DNA of 64,000 nucleotides from Eledone cirrhosa. Its lineage: Eukaryota. The notes beneath the pieces were generated by a model. The model was not told the DNA's origin, did no database searches, and saw only the letters and a program-made list of their open reading frames with translations. The DNA is taken from the NCBI GenBank assembly GCA_964016885.1, contig OZ024762.1, positions 28,458,001-28,522,000 on the forward strand. The letters are read 5' to 3'. A program made the position numbers and the translations under genes. The number at the start of each line of letters is the position of its first letter. Position 1 is the first letter of the stretch. Of this stretch, positions 26,801 through 42,140 are shown in pieces.

Positions 26801-27064
26801 TGGTCTGTAACAAGACAGTAGCTTTTATGCATTATTGGGTTGGTCTGTAACAAGACAATAGCTTTTATTAAATATTGGGTTGGTGTGTAACAAGACAGTA
26901 GCTTTTATTATATATTGGGTTCGTCTGTAATAAGACAGTAGCTTTTATTCAATATTATGTTGGTGTGTAACAAGACAGTAGATTTTATTAAATATTGGGT
27001 TGGTCTGTAACAAGAGAGTTGCTTTTATTAAATATTGGGTTGGTGTGTAACAAGACAGTAGCTT
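8850..27064. repeat. Macro-repeat copy 1 (~18.2 kb), internally made of ~2.8-3.5 kb higher-order units
   Basis: Begins with the GCTTTGATT / AAGACTAG left-subfamily block at ~8880 and ends with the TTACAT-ATGCATT-AAGTCAG-GAATATCGGG-GCGTT-GAGAGTTG block at ~26480-27060. The internal marker TCGTGAGTCAC lies at 11451, 14768, 18244, 21483 and 24282 (spacings 3317, 3476, 3239, 2799). Confidence 0.7.
17602..24080. repeat. Near-identical tandem duplication of 3,239 bp (81 monomers)
   Basis: TGTTCTTCTG (17761/21000) and GAGAGATGC (A at 20661/23900) recur at exactly +3239. AGCAAGGCCG, TAAACATTG, AACAACACAG and ATGTTAGTG also recur at this offset. Confidence 0.93.
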
Positions 27065-27129
27065 TGATTAAATATTAGGTGTGTGTGTAATAAGACTAGT
27101 TTTTATTAAATATTAGGTTGGTGTGTAAC

Positions 27130-30100
27130 AAGACAGTTGATTTTATTAAATATTAGGTTTGTGTGTAACTAGACAGTAGCTTTTAATAAATATTAGGTTG
27201 GTCTGTAACAAGACGGTAGCTTTTATTCAATATTCGTTTGGTGTGTAATAAGACAGTAGCTTTTATTAAGTATTAGGTTGGTCTGTAAAAAGACAGTAGC
27301 TTTTATTAAATATTGGGTTCGTGTGTAACAAGACAGTAGCTTTTATTAAATATTAAATTGGTGTGTAACAAGGCAGTTGCTTTTATTAAATATTGGGTTG
27401 GTGTGTAGCAAGACTGTAGGTTTTATTCAATATTGGGTTGGTGTGTTAGAAGACAGTAGCTTTTATTAAATATTGGGTTAGTGTGTAACAAGACAGTATC
27501 TTTTATTAAATATTGGATTGGTGTGTAACAAGACAGTAGCTTTTATTAAATATTGGGTTGGTGTGTAACAAGACAGTAGCTTTTATTCAATATCGGGTTG
27601 GTGTGTAACATGTCAGTAACTTTTATTAAATATTGGGTTGGTGTGTAACAAGACAGTAGCTTTTCGTAAATATTAGGTTGGTGTGTAACAAGACAGTAGC
27701 TTTTTTAATATATTGGGTTGGTCTGTAACAAGACAATAGCTTTTATTCAATATTGGGTTGGTCTGTAACAAGACGGTAGCTTTTATTCAATATTGGGTTC
27801 GTGTGTAACAAGACAGTAGCTTTTATTAAATATTGGGTTCGACTGTAATAAGACAGTAGCTTTTAATCAATATTATGTTGGTGTGTAACAAGACAGTAGG
27901 TTTTATTAAATATTGTGTTGGTCTGTAACAGGACAGTAGCTTTTATTGAATATTGGGTTGGTCTGTAACAAGACAGTAGCTTTTATTCAATATTGGGTTG
28001 GTGTGTAACACGACAGTAGCTTTTATTAAATATTGGGTTGGTCTGCAACAAGGCAGTAGCTTTTATTAAATATTGGGTTGGTCTGTAACAAGACAGTTGC
28101 TCTTAATCAATATTAGGTTAGTGTGTAACAAGACGGTAGCTTTTATTAAACATTGCGTTGGTCTGTAACAAGACAGTAATTTTATTCAATATTAGGTTAG
28201 TGTGTAACAAGAAAGTAGCTTTTATTAAATATTGCGTTGGTCTGTAACAAGACAGTAGCTTTTATTCAATATTAGGTTGGTCTGTAACGAGACAATAGCT
28301 TTTATTAAATATTGGGTTGGTGTGTAATAAGACAGTAGCTTTTATTAAATATTGGGTTCGTCTGTAATAAGACAGTAGCTTTTTTTCAATATTAGGTTAG
28401 TGTGTAACAAGACAGTAGCTTTTATTAAATATTGTTCTGGTCTGTAACAAGACAATAGCTTTTATTCAATATTAGGTTGGTCTGTAACAAGACAATATCT
28501 TTTATTAAATATTGGGTTCGTCTGCAATAAGACAGTAGCTTTTATTCAATATTATGTTGGTGTGTAACAAGACAGTAGATTTTATTAAATATTGGGTTGA
28601 TCTGTAACAAGAGAGTTGCTTTTATTAAATATTGGGTTGGTGTGTAACAAGACAGTAGATTTATTAAATATTGGGTTAGTGTGTAACAAGACAGTATCTT
28701 TTATTAAATATTGGATTGGGGTGTAACAAGACAGTAGCTTTTATTAAATATTGGGTTAGTATGTAACAAGACAGTAGTTTTTATTCAATATTGGGTTGGT
28801 CTGTAACAAGACAGTAGCTTTTATTTAATATTGGGTTGGTGTGTAACAAGACAGTAGCTTTTCTTCAATATTGGGTTGGTGTGTAACAAGACAGCAGCTT
28901 TTATTAAATATTACGTTGTTGTGTAACAAGACACTAGCTTTTATTCAATATTATGTTGGTCTGAAACAAGACAGTACGTTTTATTCAATATTGGGTTGGT
29001 CTGTAACAAGACAGTAGCTTTTATTCAATATTGGGTTGGTGTGTAACAAGACAGTAGCTTTTATTAAATATTGGGTTCGACTGTAATAAGACAGTAGATT
29101 TTATTCAATATTATGTTGGTGTGTAACAAGACAGTAGGTTCTATTAAATATTGGGTTGGTCTGTAACAAGACAGTAGCTTTTATTCAATATTGGGTTGGT
29201 CTGTAACAAGACAGTAGCTTTATTAGATATGGGGTTGCTCTGTAACAAGACAGTAGCTTTTATTCTATATTGGGTTTGTGTGTAACAAGACAGTAGCTTT
29301 TATTGAATATTGGGTTGGTCTGAAACAAGACAGTAGCTTTTATTAAATATTGGGTTGGTCTGTAACAAGACGGTAGCTTTTATTCAATATTCGGTTGGTG
29401 TGTAACAAGACTGTAGCTTTTATTAAATATTGGGTTGGTCTGTAACAAGACAGTAGCTTTTATGCATTATTGGGTTGGTCTGAAACAAGACAGTAGCTTT
29501 TATTCAATATTGGGTTGGTGTGTAAAAATTCAGTAGCTTTTATTAAATATTAGGTTGGTCTGTAACAAGACAGTAGCTTTTATTGAATATTGGGTTGGTC
29601 TGTAACAAGACTGTAGCTTTTATTCAATACTAGGTTGGTCTGTTACAAGACAGTAGATTTTATTAAATATTGGGTTGGTCTGTAACAAGAGAGTTGCTTT
29701 TATTAAATATTGAGTTGGTGTGTAGCAAGACAGTAGCTTTTATTCAATATTGGGTTGTTCTGTAACAAGACTGTAGCTTTTATTCAATATTATGTTGGTG
29801 TGTAACAAGACAGTAGGTTTTATTAAATATTGGGTTGGTCTGTAACAAGACAGTAGCTTTTATTGAATATTGGGTTGGTCTGTAACAAGACAGTAGCTTT
29901 TATTATATATTGGGTTGGTGTGTAACAAGACAGTAGCTTTTATTAAATATTGGGTTGGTCTGCAACAGGACAGTTGATTTTATTAAATATTAGGTTTGTG
30001 TGTAACTAGACAGTAGCTTTTAATAAATATTAGGTTGGTCTGTAACAAGACGGTAGCTTTTATTCAATATTCGTTTGGTGTGTAATAAGACAGTAGCTTT

Positions 30101-33030
30101 TATTAAGTATTAGGTTGGTCTGTAAAAAGACAGTAGCTTTTATTAAATATTGGGTTCGTGTGTAACAAGACAGTAGCTTTTATTAAATATTAAATTGGTG
30201 TGTAACAAGGCAGTTGCTTTTATTAAATATTGGGTTGGTGTGTAGCAAGACTGTAGGTTTTATTCAATATTGGGTTGGTGTGTTAGAAGACAGTAGCTTT
30301 TATTAAATATTGGGTTAGTGTGTAACAAGACAGTATCTTTTATTAAATATTGGATTGGTGAGTAACAAGACAGTAGCTTTTATTAAATATTGGGTTGGTG
30401 TGTAACAAGACAGTAGCTTTTATTCAATATTGGGTTGGTCTGTAACAAGACAGTAGCTTTTATTCAATATTGGGTTGGTGTGTAACAAGACAGTAGCTTT
30501 TCTTCAATATTGGGTTGGTGTGTAATAAGACAGTAGCTTTTATTAAATATTACGTGTTGTGTAACAAGACACTAGCTTTTATTCAATATTATGTTGGTCT
30601 GAAACAAGACAGTAGCTTTTATTGAATATTGGGTTGGTCTGTAACAAGACAGTAATTATATTCAATTTTAGTTTAGTGTGTAACAAGACAGTAGCTTTTA
30701 TTCAATATCGGTTTGGTGTGTAACATGTCAGTAACTTTTATTCAATATTGGGTTGGTGTGTAACAAGACAGTAGCGTTTCGTAAATATTAGGTTGGTGTG
30801 TAACAAGACAGTAGCTTTTTTAATATATTGGGTTGGTCTGTAACAAGACAATAGCTTTTATTCAATATTGGGTTGGTCTGTAACAAGACGGTAGCTTTTA
30901 TTCAATATTGGGTTCGTGTGTAACAAGACAGTAGCTTTTATTAAATATTGGGTTCGACTGTAATAAGACAGTAGCTTTTAATCAATATTATGTTGGTGTG
31001 TAACAAGACAGTAGGTTTTATTAAATATTGTGTTGGTCTGTAACAGGACAGTAGCTTTTATTGAATATTGGGTTGGTGTGTAACACGACAGTAGCTTTTA
31101 TTAAATATTGGGTTGGTCTGCAACAAGGCAGTAGCTTTTTTTAAATATTGGGTTGGTCTGTAACAAGACAGTTGCTCTTAATCAATATTAGGTTAGTGTG
31201 TAACAAGACGGTAGATTTTATTAAATATTGCGTTGGTCTGTAACAACACAGTAATTTTATTCAATATTAGGTTGGTCTGTAACGAGACAATAGCTTTTAT
31301 TAAATATTGGGTTGGTGTGTAATAAGACAGTAGCTTTTATTAAATATTGGGTTCGTCTGTAATAAGACAAGAGCTTTTTTTCAATATTAGGTTAGTGTGT
31401 AACAAGACAGTAGCTTTTATTAAATATTGTTCTGGTCTGTAACAAGACAATAGCTTTTATTCAATATTAGGTTGGTCTGTAACAAGACAATATCTTTTAT
31501 TAAATATTGGGTTCGTCTGCAATAAGACAGTAGCTTTTATTCAATATTATGTTGGTGTGTAACAAGACAGTAGATTTTATTAAATATTGGGTTGATCTGT
31601 AACAAGAGAGTTGCTTTTATTAAATATTGGGTTGGTCTGTAACAAAAGAGTTGCTTTTATTAAATATTGGGTTGGTGTGTAACAAGACAGTAGATTTATT
31701 AAATATTGGGTTAGTGTGTAACAAGACAGTATCTTTTATTAAATATTGGATTGGTGTGTAACAAGACAGTAGCTTTTATTAAATATTGGGTTAGTGTGTA
31801 ACAAGACAGTAATTTTTATTCAATATTGGGTTGGTCTGTAACAAGACAGTAGCTTTTATTTAATATTGGGTTGGTGTGTAACAAGACAGTAGCTTTTCTT
31901 CAATATTGGGTTGGTGTGTAACAAGACAGCAGCTTTTATTAAATATTACGTTGTTGTGTAACAAGACACTAGCTTTTATTCAATATTATGTTGGTCTGAA
32001 ACAAGACAGTACGTTTTATTCAATATTGGGTTGGTCTGTAACAAGACAGTAGCTTTTATTCAATATTGGGTTGGTGTGTAACAAGACAGTAGCTTTTATT
32101 AAATATTGGGTTCGACTGTAATAAGACAGTAGATTTTATTCAATATTATGTTGGTGTGTAACAAGACAGTAGGTTCTATTAAATATTGGGTTGGTCTGTA
32201 ACAAGACAGTAGCTTTTATTCAATATTGGGTTGGTCTGTAACAAGACAGTAGCTTTATTAGATATGGGGTTGCTCTGTAACAAGACAGTAGCTTTTATTC
32301 AATATTGGGTTGGTCTGTAACAAGACAGTAGCTTTTATTCAATATTGGGTTTGTGTGTAACAAGACAGTAGCTTTTATTCAATATTGGGTTGGTCTGAAA
32401 CAAGACAGTAGCTTTTATTAAATATTGGGTTGGTCTGTAACAAGACGGTAGCTTTTATTCAATATTCGGTTGGTGTGTAACAAGACAGTAGCTTTTATTA
32501 AATATTGGGTTGGTCTGTAACAAGACAGTAGCTTTTATGCATTATTGGGTTGGTCTGTAACAAGACAGTAGCTTTTATTCAATATTGGGTTGGTGTGTAA
32601 AAATTCAGTAGCTTTTATTAAATATTAGGTTGGTCTGTAACAAGACAGTAGCTTTTATTGAATATTGGGTAGGTCTGTAACAAGACTGTAGCTTTTATTC
32701 AATACTAGGTTGGTCTGTAACAAGACAGTAGATTTTATTAAATATTGGGTTGGTCTGTAACAAGAGAGTTGCTTTTATTAAATATTGAGTTGGTGTGTAG
32801 CAAGACAGTAGCTTTTATTCAATATTGGGTTGGTCTGTAACAAGACTGTAGCTTTTATTCAATATTATGTTGGTGTGTAACAAGACAGTAGGTTTTATTA
32901 AATATTGGGTTGGTCTGTAACAAGACAATAGCTTTTATTGAATATTGGGTTGGTCTGTAACAAGACAGTAGCTTTTATTATATATTGGGTTGGTGTGTAA
33001 CAAGACAGTAGCTTTTATTAAATATTGGGT
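27130..33030. repeat. Two-copy higher-order duplication, initial offset 2,837 bp
   Basis: TATTAAATTGG (27351/30188) and GTGTGTTAGAAG (27441/30278) recur at +2837. AACATGTCAG, AACAGGAC, AACGAGACAAT and TCTGCAATAAG recur in the same order. The offset drifts further along because whole monomers are gained or lost. Confidence 0.85.
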
Positions 33031-33089
33031 TGGTCTGTAACAAGACAGTAGCTTTTATTCAATATTGGGTTCGTCTGTAACAAGACAGT

Positions 33090-36000
33090 AGCTTTTATTC
33101 AATATTGGGTTGGTCTGAAACAAGACAGTAGCTTTTATGCATTATTGGGTTGGTCTGTAACAAGACAGTAGCTTTTATTCAATATTGGGTTGGTGTGTAA
33201 CAAGACAGTAGCTTTTATTCAATATTGGGTTGGTCTGAAACAAGACAGTAGCTTTTATTACATATTGGGTTGGTGTGTAACAAGACAGTAGCTTTTATTA
33301 AATATTACGTTGTTGTGTAACAAGACACTAGCTTTTATTCAATGTTATGTTGGTCTGAAACAAGACAGTACGTTTTATTCAATATTGGGTTGGTCTGTAA
33401 CAAGACAGTAGCTTTTATTCAATATTGGGTTGGTGTGTAACAAGACAGTAGCTTTTATTAAATATTGGGTTCGACTGTAATAAGACAGTAGCTTTTATTC
33501 AATATTATGTTGGTGTGTAACAAGACAGTAGGTTCTATTAAATATTGGGTTGGTCTGTAACAAGACAGTAGCTTTTATTCAATATTGGGTTGGTGTGTAA
33601 CACGACAGTAGCTTTTATTAAATATTGGGTTGGTCTGCAACAAGGCAGTAGCTTTTATTAAATATTGGGTTGGTCTGTAACAAGTCAGTAGCTTTTATTC
33701 AATATTGGGTTGGTCTGTAACAAGACAGTAGCTTTATTAGATATGGGGTTGCTCTGTAACAAGACAGTAGCTTTTATTCAATATTGGGTTGGTCTGTAAC
33801 AAGACAGTAGCTTTTATTCAATATTGGGTTGGTGTGTAACAAGACAGTAGCTTTTATTCAATATTGGGTTGGTCTGAAACAAGACAGTAGCTTTTATTAA
33901 ATATTGGGTTGGTCTGTAACAAGACGGTAGCTTTTATTCAATATTCGGTTGGTGTGTAACAAGACAGTAGCTTTTATTAAATATTGGGTTGGTCTGTAAC
34001 AAGACAGTAGCTTTTATGCATTATTGGGTTGGTCTGTAACAAGACAGTAGTTTTTATTCAATATTGGGTTGGTGTGTAAAAATTCAGTAGCTTTTATTAA
34101 ATATTAGGTTGGTCTGTAACAAGACAGTAGCTTTTATTGAATATTGGGTTGGTCTGAAACAAGACTGTAGCTTTTATTCAATACTAGGTTGGTCTGTAAC
34201 AAGACAATAGCTTTTATTAAACATTGGGTTGGTGTGTAACAAGACAGTAGCTTTTATTAAATATTGTGTTCGTCTGTAATAAGACAGTAGCTTTTATTCA
34301 ATATTATGTTGGTGTGTAACAAGACAGTAGATTTTATTAAATATTGGGTTGGTCTGTAACAAGAGAGTTGCTTTTATTAAATATTGGGTTGGTGTGTAAC
34401 AAGACAGTAGCTTTTATTCAATATTGGGTTGGTTTGTAACAAGACAGTAGCTTTTATTCAATATTATGTTGGTGTGTAACAAGACAGTAGGTTTTATTAA
34501 ATATTGGGTTGGTATGTAACAAGACAATAGCTTTTGTTGAATATTGGGTTGGTCTGTAACAAGACAGTAGCTTTTATTAAATATTGGGTTGGAGTGTAAC
34601 AAGACAGTAGCTTTTATTAAATATTGGGTTGGTCTGTAACAAGTCAATAGTTTTTATTCAATATTGGGTTGGTCTGTAACAAGACAGTAGCTTTATTAGA
34701 TATGGGGTTGCTCTGTAACAAGACAGTAGCTTTTAATTAAATATTGTGTTGGTCTGTAACAAGACAGTAGCTTTTATTCAATATTGGGTTTGTGTGTAAT
34801 AAGACAGTAGCTTTTATTCAATATTGGGTTGGTCTGAAACAAGACAGTAGCTTTTATTAAATATTGGGTTGGTCTGTAACGAGACGGTAGCTTTTATTCA
34901 ATATTCGGTTGGTGTGTAACAAGACAGTAGCTTTTATTAAATATTGGGTTGGTCTGTAACAAGACAGTAGCTTTTATGCATTATTGGGTTGGTCTGTAAC
35001 AAGACAGTAGTTTTTATTCAATATTGGGTTGGTGTGTAAAAATTCAGTAGCTTTTATTAAATATTAGGTTGGTCTGTAACAAGACAGTAGCTTTTATTGA
35101 ATATTGGGTTGGTCTGAAACAAGACTGTAGCTTTTATTCAATACTAGGTTGGTCTGTAACAAGACAGTAGATTTTATTAAATATTGGGTTGGTCTGTAAC
35201 AAGAGAGTTGCTTTTATTAAATATTGAGTTGGTGTGTAGCAAGACAGTAGCTTTTATTCAATATTGGGTTGGTCTGTAACAAGACAGTAGCTTTTATTCA
35301 ATATTGGGTTGGTTTGTAACAAGACAGTAGCTTTTATTCAATATTATGTTGGTGTGTAACAAGACAGTAGGTTTTATTAAATATTGGGTTGGTATGTAAC
35401 AAGACAATAGCTTTTGTTGAATATTGGGTTGGTCTGTAACAAGACAGTAGCTTTTATTAAATATTGGGTTGGAGTGTAACAAGACAGTAGCTTTTATTAA
35501 ATATTGGGTTGGTCTGTAACAAGTCAATAGTTTTTATTCAATATTGGGTTGGTCTGAAACAAGACAGTAGCTTTTATGCATTATTGGGTTGGTCTGTAAC
35601 AAGACAGTAGCTTTTATTCAATATTGGGTTGGTGTGTAACAAGACAGTAGCTTTTATTCAATATTGGGTTGGTCTGAAACAAGACAGTAGCTTTTATTAC
35701 ATATTGGGTTGGTGTGTAACAAGACAGTAGCTTTTATTAAATATTACGTTGTTGTGTAACAAGACACTAGCTTTTATTCAATGTTATGTTGGTCTGAAAC
35801 AAGACAGTACGTTTTATTCAATATTGGGTTGGTCTGTAACAAGACAGTAGCTTTTATTCAATATTGGGTTGGTGTGTAACAAGACAGTAGCTTTTATTAA
35901 ATATTGGGTTCGACTGTAATAAGACAGTAGCTTTTATTCAATATTATGTTGGTGTGTAACAAGACAGTAGGTTCTATTAAATATTGGGTTGGTCTGTAAC

Positions 36001-37390
36001 AAGACAGTAGCTTTTATTCAATATTGGGTTGGTGTGTAACACGACAGTAGCTTTTATTAAATATTGGGTTGGTCTGCAACAAGGCAGTAGCTTTTATTAA
36101 ATATTGGGTTGGTCTGTAACAAGTCAGTAGCTTTTATTCAATATTGGGTTGGTCTGTAACAAGACAGTAGCTTTATTAGATATGGGGTTGCTCTGTAACA
36201 AGACAGTAGCTTTTATTCAATATTGGGTTGGTCTGTAACAAGACAGTAGCTTTTATTCAATATTGGGTTGGTGTGTAACAAGACAGTAGCTTTTATTCAA
36301 TATTAGGTTGGTCTGAAACAAGACAGTAGCTTTTATTAAATATTGGGTTGGTCTGTAACAAGACGGTAGCTTTTATTCAATATTCGGTTGGTGTGTAACA
36401 AGACAGTAGCTTTTATTAAATATTGGGTTGGTCTGTAACAAGACAGTAGCTTTTATGCATTATTGGGTTGGTCTGTAACAAGACAGTAGTTTTTATTCAA
36501 TATTGGGTTGGTGTGTAAAAATTCAGTAGCTTTTATTAAATATTAGGTTGGTCTGTAACAAGACAGTAGCTTTTATTGAATATTGGGTTGGTCTGAAACA
36601 AGACTGTAGCTTTTATTCAATACTAGGTTGGTCTGTAACAAGACAATAGCTTTTATTAAACATTGGGTTGGTGTGTAACAAGACAGTAGCTTTTATTAAA
36701 TATTGTGTTCGTCTGTAATAAGACAGTAGCTTTTATTCAATATTATGTTGGTGTGTAACAAGACAGTAGATTTTATTAAATATTGGGTTGGTCTGTAACA
36801 AGAGAGTTGCTTTTATTAAATATTGGGTTGGTGTGTAACAAGACAGTAGCTTTTATTCAATATTGGGTTGGTTTGTAACAAGACAGTAGCTTTTATTCAA
36901 TATTATGTTGGTGTGTAACAAGACAGTAGGTTTTATTAAATATTGGGTTGGTATGTAACAAGACAATAGCTTTTGTTGAATATTGGGTTGGTCTGTAACA
37001 AGACAGTAGCTTTTATTAAATATTGGGTTGGAGTGTAACAAGACAGTAGCTTTTATTAAATATTGGGTTGGTCTGTAACAAGTCAATAGTTTTTATTCAA
37101 TATTGGGTTGGTCTGTAACAAGACAGTAGCTTTATTAGATATGGGGTTGCTCTGTAACAAGACAGTAGCTTTTAATTAAATATTGTGTTGGTCTGTAACA
37201 AGACAGTAGCTTTTATTCAATATTGGGTTTGTGTGTAATAAGACAGTAGCTTTTATTCAATATTGGGTTGGTCTGAAACAAGACAGTAGCTTTTATTAAA
37301 TATTGGGTTGGTCTGTAACGAGACGGTAGCTTTTATTCAATATTCGGTTGGTGTGTAACAAGACAGTAGCTTTTATTAAATATTGGGTTG
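33090..37390. repeat. Duplication with 2,439-bp offset (61 monomers) plus an internal block copied at +880 bp
   Basis: AATGTTATG lies at 33341 and 35780. The GGTTTG / GGTATG / TTTTGTTG / GGAGTG / AGTCAATAG block occurs three times, giving the identical ORFs at 34414, 35294 and 36853. Confidence 0.85.
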
Positions 37391-40300
37391 GTTTGTAACA
37401 GGAAAGGAGCTTTTATGCATTATTGGGTTGGTCTGTAACAAGACAGTAGCTTTTATTCAATATTGGGTTGGTGTGTAAAAATTCAGTAGCTTTTATTATA
37501 TATTAGGTTGGTCTGTAACAAGACAGTAGCTTTTATTGAATATTGGGTTGGTCTGTAACAAGACTGTAGCTTTTATTCAATACTAGGTTGGTCTGTAACA
37601 AGACAATAGCTTTTATTAAATATTGGGTTGGTGTGTAACAAGACAGTAGCTTTTATTAAATATTGTGTTCGTCTGTAATAAGACAGTAGCTTTTATTCAA
37701 TATTATGTTGGTGTGTAACAAGACAGTAGGTTCTATTAAATATTGGGTTGGTCTGTAACAAGACAGTAGCTTTTATTCAATATTGGGTTGGTGTGTAACA
37801 CGACAGTAGCTTTTATTAAATATTGGGTTGGTCTGTAACAAGACAGTAGCTTTTATTCAATATTGGGTTGGTGTGTAACACGACAGTAGCTTTTATTAAA
37901 TATTGGGTTGGTCTGTAACAAGTCAGTAGCTTTTATTCAATATTGGGTTGGTCTGTAACAAGACAGTAGCTTTATTAGATATGGGGTTGCTCTGTAACAA
38001 GTCAGTAGCTTTTAATTAAATATTGTGTTGGTCTGTAACAAGACAGTAGCTTTTATTCAATATTGGGTTTGTGTGTAATAAGACAGTAGCTTTTATTCAA
38101 TATTGGGTTGGTCTGAAACAAGACAGTAGCTTTTATTAAATATTGGGTTGGTCTGTAACGAGACGGTAGCTTTTATTCAATATTCGGTTGGTGTGTAACA
38201 AGACAGTAGCTTTTATTAAATATTGGGTTGGTCTGTAACAAGACAGTAGCTTTTATGCATTATTGGGTTGGTCTGTAACAAGACAATAGCTTTTATTAAA
38301 TATTGGGTTGGTGTGTAACAAGACAGTAGCTTTTATTCAATATTGGGTTGGTGTGTAAAAATTCAGTAGCTTTTATTAAATATTAGGTTGGTCTGTAACA
38401 AGACAGTAGCTTTTATTGAATATTGGGTTGGTCTGTAACAAGACTGTAGCTTTTATTCAATACTAGGTTGGTCTGTAACAAGACAATAGCTTTTATTAAA
38501 TATTGGGTTGGTGTGTAACAAGACAGTAGCTTTTATTAAATATTGTGTTCGTCTGTAATAAGACAGTAGCTTTTATTCAATATTATGTTGGTGTGTAACT
38601 AGACAGTAGATTTTATTAAATATTGGGTTGGTCTGTAACAAGAGAGTTGCTTTTATTAAATATTGGGTTGGTGTGTAACAAGACAGTAGCTTTTATTCAA
38701 TATTATGTTGGTGTGTAACAAGACAGTAGGTTTTATTAAATATTGGGTTGGTCTGTAACAAGACAATAGCTTTTATTGAATATTGGGTTGGTCTGTAACA
38801 AGACAGTAGCTTTTATTAAATATTGGGTTGGTGTGTAACAAGACAGTAGCTTTTATTAAATATTGGGTTGGTCTGCAACAAGACAGGAGCTTTTATGAAA
38901 TATTGGGTTGGTCTGTAACAAGACAGTAGCTTTTATTAAATATTGGGTTGGTCTGTAACAAGACAGTAGCTTTTATTAAATATTGGGTTGGTCTGTAATA
39001 AGACAGTAGCTTTTATTAAATATTGGGTTGGTGTGTAACAAGACAGTTGCTTTTATGCTTTATTGGGTTGGTCTGTAGCAAGACCGTAGCTTTTATTCAA
39101 TATTGGGTTGGTGTGTAACAGGACAGTAGCTTTTATTCAATATTGGGTTTGTGTGTAATAAGACAGTAGCTTTTATTCAATATTGGGTTGGTCTGAAACA
39201 AGACAGTAGCTTTTATTAAATATTGGGTTGGTCTGTAACGAGACGGTAGCTTTTATTCAATATTCGGTTGGTGTGTAACAAGACAGTAGCTTTTATTAAA
39301 TATTGGGTTGGTCTGTAACAAGACAGTAGCTTTTATGCATTATTGGGTTGGTCTGTAACAAGACAGTAGCTTTTATTCAATATTGGGTTGGTGTGTAAAA
39401 ATTCAGTAGCTTTTATTATATATTAGGTTGGTCTGTAACAAGACAGTAGCTTTTATTGAATATTGGGTTGGTCTGTAACAAGACTGTAGCTTTTATTCAA
39501 TACTAGGTTGGTCTGTAACAAGACAATAGCTTTTATTAAATATTGGGTTGGAGTGTAACAAGACAGTAGCTTTTATTAAATATTGGGTTGGTCTGTAACA
39601 AGTCAATAGTTTTTATTCAATATTGGGTTGGTCTGTAACAAGACAGTAGCTTTATTAGATATGGGGTTGCTCTGTAACAAGACAGTAGCTTTTAATTAAA
39701 TATTGTGTTGGTCTGTAACAAGACAGTAGCTTTTATTCAATATTGGGTTTGTGTGTAATAAGACAGTAGATTTTATTCAATATTGGGTTGGTCTGAAACA
39801 AGACAGTAGCTTTTATTAAATATTGGGTTGGTCTGTAACGAGACGGTAGCTTTTATTCAATATTCGGTTGGTGTGTAACAAGACAGTAGCTTTTATTAAA
39901 TATTGGGTTGGTTTGTAACAGGACAGGAGCTTTTATGCATTATTGGGTTGGTCTGTAACAAGACAGTAGCTTTTATTCAATATTGGGTTGGTGTGTAAAA
40001 ATTCAGTAGCTTTTATTATATATTAGGTTGGTCTGTAACAAGACAGTAGCTTTTATTGAATATTGGGTTGGTCTGTAACAAGACTGTAGCTTTTATTCAA
40101 TACTAGGTTGGTCTGTAACAAGACAATAGCTTTTATTAAATATTGGGTTGGTGTGTAACAAGACAGTAGCTTTTATTAAATATTGTGTTCGTCTGTAATA
40201 AGACAGTAGCTTTTATTCAATATTATGTTGGTGTGTAACAAGACAGTAGGTTCTATTAAATATTGGGTTGGTCTGTAACAAGACAGTAGCTTTTATTCAA

Positions 40301-42140
40301 TATTGGGTTGGTGTGTAACACGACAGTAGCTTTTATTAAATATTGGGTTGGTCTGTAACAAGACAGTAGCTTTTATTCAATATTGGGTTGGTGTGTAACA
40401 CGACAGTAGCTTTTATTAAATATTGGGTTGGTCTGTAACAAGTCAGTAGCTTTTATTCAATATTGGGTTGGTCTGTAACAAGACAGTAGCTTTATTAGAT
40501 ATGGGGTTGCTCTGTAACAAGTCAGTAGCTTTTAATTAAATATTGTGTTGGTCTGTAACAAGACAGTAGCTTTTATTCAATATTGGGTTTGTGTGTAATA
40601 AGACAGTAGCTTTTATTCAATATTGGGTTGGTCTGAAACAAGACAGTAGCTTTTATTAAATATTGGGTTGGTCTGTAACGAGACGGTAGCTTTTATTCAA
40701 TATTCGGTTGGTGTGTAACAAGACAGTAGCTTTTATTAAATATTGGGTTGGTCTGTAACAAGACAGTAGCTTTTATGCATTATTGGGTTGGTCTGTAACA
40801 AGACAATAGTTTTTTTTAAATATTGGGTTGGTGTGTAACAAGACAGTAGCTTTTATTCAATATTGGGTTGGTGTGTAAAAATTCAGTAGCTTTTATTAAA
40901 TATTAGGTTGGTCTGTAACAAGACAGTAGCTTTTATTGAATATTGGGTTGGTCTGTAACAAGACTGTAGCTTTTATTCAATACTAGGTTGGTCTGTAACA
41001 AGACAATAGCTTTTATTAAATATTGGGTTGGTGTGTAACAAGACAGTAGCTTTTATTAAATATTGTGTTCGTCTGTAATAAGACAGTAGCTTTTATTCAA
41101 TATTATGTTGGTGTGTAACTAGACAGTAGATTTTATTAAATATTGGGTTGGTCTGTAACAAGAGAGTTGCTTTTATTAAATATTGGGTTGGTGTGTAACA
41201 AGACAGTAGCTTTTATTCAATATTATGTTGGTGTGTAACAAGACAGTAGGTTTTATTAAATATTGGGTTGGTCTGTAACAAGACAATAGCTTTTATTGAA
41301 TATTGGGTTGGTCTGTAACAAGACAGTAGCTTTTATTAAATATTGGGTTGGTGTGTAACAAGACAGTAGCTTTTATTAAATATTGGGTTGGTCTGCAACA
41401 AGACAGGAGCTTTTATGAAATATTGGGTTGGTCTGTAACAAGACAGTAGCTTTTATTCAATATTGGGTTCGTCTGTAACAAGACAGTAGCTTTTATTCAA
41501 TATTGGGTTCGTGTGTCACAAGACAGTAGCTTTTATTAAATATTGGGTTGGTCTGTAACAAGACAGTAGCTTTTATTAAATATTGGGTTGGTCTGTAATA
41601 AGACAGTAGCTTTTATTAAATATTGGGTTGGTGTGTAACAAGACAGTTGCTTTTATGCTTTATTGGGTTGGTCTGTAGCAAGACCGTAGCTTTTATTCAA
41701 TATTGGGTTGGTGTGTAACAGGACAGTAGCTTTTATTCAATATTGGGTTTGTGTGTAATAAGACAGTAGCTTTTATTCAATATTGGGTTGGTCTGAAACA
41801 AGACAGTAGCTTTTATTAAATATTGGGTTGGTCTGTAACGAGACGATAGCTTTTATTCAATATTGGGTTGGTGTGTAACAAGACAGTAGCTTTTATTAAA
41901 TATTGGGTTGGTCTGTAACAAGACAGTAGCTTTTATGCATTATTGGGTTGGTCTGTAACAAGACAGTAGCTTTTATTCAATATTGGGTTGGTGTGTAAAA
42001 ATTCAGTAGCTTTTATTATATATTAGGTTGGTCTGTAACAAGACAGTAGCTTTTATTGAATATTGGGTTGGTCTGTAACAAGACTGTAGCTTTTATTCAA
42101 TACTAGGTTGGTCTGTAACAAGACAATAGCTTTTATTAAA
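37000..42140. repeat. Tandem duplication with 2,520-bp offset (63 monomers)
   Basis: GTTTGTAACAGGA (37391/39911) and GTGTAACTAGAC (38591/41111) recur at +2520. TTTTATGCTT (39051/41651) recurs at +2600 because the second copy has two extra monomers at ~41460-41540. Confidence 0.88.
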